The notes below the pieces were generated by a model, which saw only the letters and a list, made by a program, of their open reading frames with translations, ran no database searches and was not told the origin of the DNA. A program made the translations under genes and the position numbers. Shown in pieces: positions 37,031 to 38,339 of a DNA stretch of 38,339 bases (positions are counted from its first letter, which is position 1; each line of letters opens with the position of its first letter). This stretch comes from a virus. The stretch lies in the IMG/VR virus record IMGVR_UViG_3300045988_105630; one strand, written 5' to 3'.

Positions 37031-37234
37031 TTATCTATTAACGATCTTTAAAAACCTTGCTGTGTTTTGATGCTCATTAAGGTGCAACTCTGGTTCATCT
37101 TTACAAAGACTTAAATTATTGTCCTTAACCCATCTCAAAAACTCATTTGCAATAGCTTCAATATTTACACTTCCACTTACTTTATGAACTTCTACTTCCC
37201 TATTTAATTCAGTAGTCACCTTTAACACCTCCAT
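37031..37234 (-). CDS. Hypothetical early protein (start moved to the internal ATG)
   Basis: The ORF track gives 37031..37249. GAGGTGG lies 6 nt before the ATG at 37234 (MEVLKVTTEL). Confidence 0.5.
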   Translation of the reverse strand: MEVLKVTTELNREVEVHKVSGSVNIEAIANEFLRWVKDNNLSLCKDEPELHLNEHQNTARFLKIVNR

Positions 37235-37285
37235 ACAATTCCACCTCATACCTACACTCCTTTACTCCTATTTCAACTCATATCT

Positions 37286-37294
37286 TGGTATAAT
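37286..37294 (+). promoter_or_regulatory. Extended -10 TGgTATAAT for the plus-strand gene 37313..37693
   Basis: Read directly. The SD GAGGTG at 37301..37306 follows. Confidence 0.5.
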
Positions 37295-37312
37295 ATTTAT
37301 GAGGTGATAAAA

Positions 37313-37693
37313 ATGTTAACAATACAAACAACAATACTTTTATACAAATTAAGACAACTAAACAAACTTGAACTCAAAATCTTTTCAGAAAAAAATGATA
37401 TCCTCACAATTACACCATCGGATAATATAAAATTTGAATACATCAACAGTTATCCATATTATGTGATTATTGACGATAAAAAAGTCGTCAATGCCCGATT
37501 AGATGAAATATTGTTTTTGATTGAAAACAACTACATATCCCAAACAAAAAAAGTAATAAAAATAACACATCACGGTTACCACTGCTGGCAAATATCCCTT
37601 ATAAAATTTTGTGATTTTTGTTTTCGTTCAATAGCAGTCCCTGTTGTTGTTGCCCTTTTAACATCAATAGCCTACAATCACTTGTTGAGATAA
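37313..37693 (+). CDS. Hypothetical tail-anchored membrane protein encoded against the flow of the early operon (moron candidate)
   Basis: The ORF track gives 37304..37693 (GTG). The ATG at 37313 lies 6 nt after GAGGTG. The C-terminal hydrophobic helix is SIAVPVVVALLTSIAY. Confidence 0.55.
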   Translation: MLTIQTTILLYKLRQLNKLELKIFSEKNDILTITPSDNIKFEYINSYPYYVIIDDKKVVNARLDEILFLIENNYISQTKKVIKITHHGYHCWQISLIKFCDFCFRSIAVPVVVALLTSIAYNHLLR

Positions 37694-37866
37694 TATAATG
37701 TCAAAACAGATGTGATTACACTAACAACAATCTGAATAACAGTATCTATAGTGTCTATAAAAAAAGTTCCTCTGTTCTTTTGATAAAAATCGAAAAACCC
37801 ATAACATTCTTTATACGACACTTTTCTATATCTCCATTTTTCCTTTAGCATTTCCTTTAACCTCAT
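37678..37866 (-). CDS. Hypothetical small protein with a C-terminal transmembrane helix
   Basis: ORF track, 62 aa. ...TVIQIVVSVITSVLTLYYL. It lies directly downstream of the antirepressor gene. Confidence 0.5.
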   Translation of the reverse strand: MRLKEMLKEKWRYRKVSYKECYGFFDFYQKNRGTFFIDTIDTVIQIVVSVITSVLTLYYLNK

Positions 37867-37868
37867 AC

Positions 37869-38339
37869 CTACGCTCCCAAAAATTTGTTTATAAAGTAAA
37901 TGATCCCTTTACCCGTAACCTTCGTCGTAGTAGTCAGAACATTTACACCATTACTATCAACATAAGTCCCCTTCTTCAACTCAAACAACCCTTGCTCAAC
38001 ATATTGTTGCAGCGGTTGATTCTTTCTTTCGCCACTCTTACACAAATATCCGCTGTTACGCATCCAAGCAAACAAATTATTTTGCCCAATCTTCTTATCA
38101 ATCTCACCACGTCTGATAGCCTCTTGACTAATCAACTTAGCCAATTCACCAACCAAACACGACTTATTACTACTAGATACAGTATCCGCAAACAACACCT
38201 TCGGCTTATCTCTTTCAATCTGTGCCTCTGCCAACGCTCTCTTAGCTTTTTCCTCTTTTAAATTAGTAGCAAGTCTTATAAGATAGTCTGGATCACTTAA
38301 AGTCTTTTCGATAACCTCACTACTCATATACGCCCCGTG
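37869..38339 (-). CDS. Phage antirepressor, C-terminal KilAC-like half (continuation of 1..394 across the circular junction)
   Basis: ORF track 37869..38327. ...LVGELAKLISQEAIRRGEIDKKIGQNNLFAWMRNSGYLCKSGERKNQPLQQYVEQGLFELK resembles the KilAC pattern. The reading frame stays open to the window end and continues at 394..56. Confidence 0.75.
   Translation of the reverse strand, partial: HGAYMSSEVIEKTLSDPDYLIRLATNLKEEKAKRALAEAQIERDKPKVLFADTVSSSNKSCLVGELAKLISQEAIRRGEIDKKIGQNNLFAWMRNSGYLCKSGERKNQPLQQYVEQGLFELKKGTYVDSNGVNVLTTTTKVTGKGIIYFINKFLGA
38285..38339. repeat. Second copy of the 55-bp terminal direct repeat (identical to 1..55)
   Basis: Exact identity read directly. Confidence 0.9.

Noticed and set aside
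1-38339. tRNA genes, CRISPR arrays, transposases/IS elements, introns and inteins
   Set aside because: I scanned the intergenic gaps and found no T-loop-like GGTTCGA motifs, no regularly spaced repeat-spacer arrays, no transposase-like ORFs and no interrupted conserved genes other than the cases listed.

Overview
The window is one complete temperate siphovirus-type phage or prophage genome. It is AT-rich with strong GGAGG-type ribosome-binding sites, which suggests a Firmicute (probably Clostridia-like) host. The first 55 bp repeat exactly at 38285..38339, and an antirepressor gene reads in frame across that junction, so the sequence is a circular or circularly permuted 38,284-bp unit. Plus-strand lysogeny block: XRE repressor and ImmA-type protease (2918..3797), a variable cargo region with an Abi_2/HEPN gene (3798..5596) and a large serine integrase (5716..7182). 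The rest is mostly on the minus strand. From high to low coordinates it runs: antirepressor and small early genes (38339..35813); ERF, SSB, replisome organiser, DUF1064 and MazG-like genes (35816..32567); a DUF1492/ArpU-like late regulator; a HicAB cassette; HNH; then portal, MuF-toxin fusion, YjcQ-like protein, TerL, scaffold and capsid. After these come the head-tail joining genes, major tail protein, G/G-T chaperones, tape measure, Dit, Tal, DUF859-like protein and tail fibre. The strand ends with two small paralogues, a membrane protein, a second HicAB cassette, a GH25 endolysin and a holin. Most worth a second look: (1) The Abi_2/HEPN gene has a promoter, short RNA and terminator unit fused to its start codon, and an orphan second copy of that unit sits in front of a 14-codon Abi remnant. 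(2) A MuF head protein carries a C-terminal toxin-like module followed by a candidate immunity gene. (3) Two autonomous HicAB morons each have a consensus promoter, operator-like repeats and a terminator. (4) A Zn-ribbon/DUF4145-like gene sits where a repressor gene would be expected. (5) The genetic switch has a perfect consensus promoter whose spacer is a palindrome that recurs upstream of the antirepressor gene. (6) Iteron-like 11-bp tandem duplications lie inside the replisome organiser gene. All family assignments come from motif recognition by eye, with no database search. No tRNA, rRNA, CRISPR array, reverse transcriptase or transposase was recognised.
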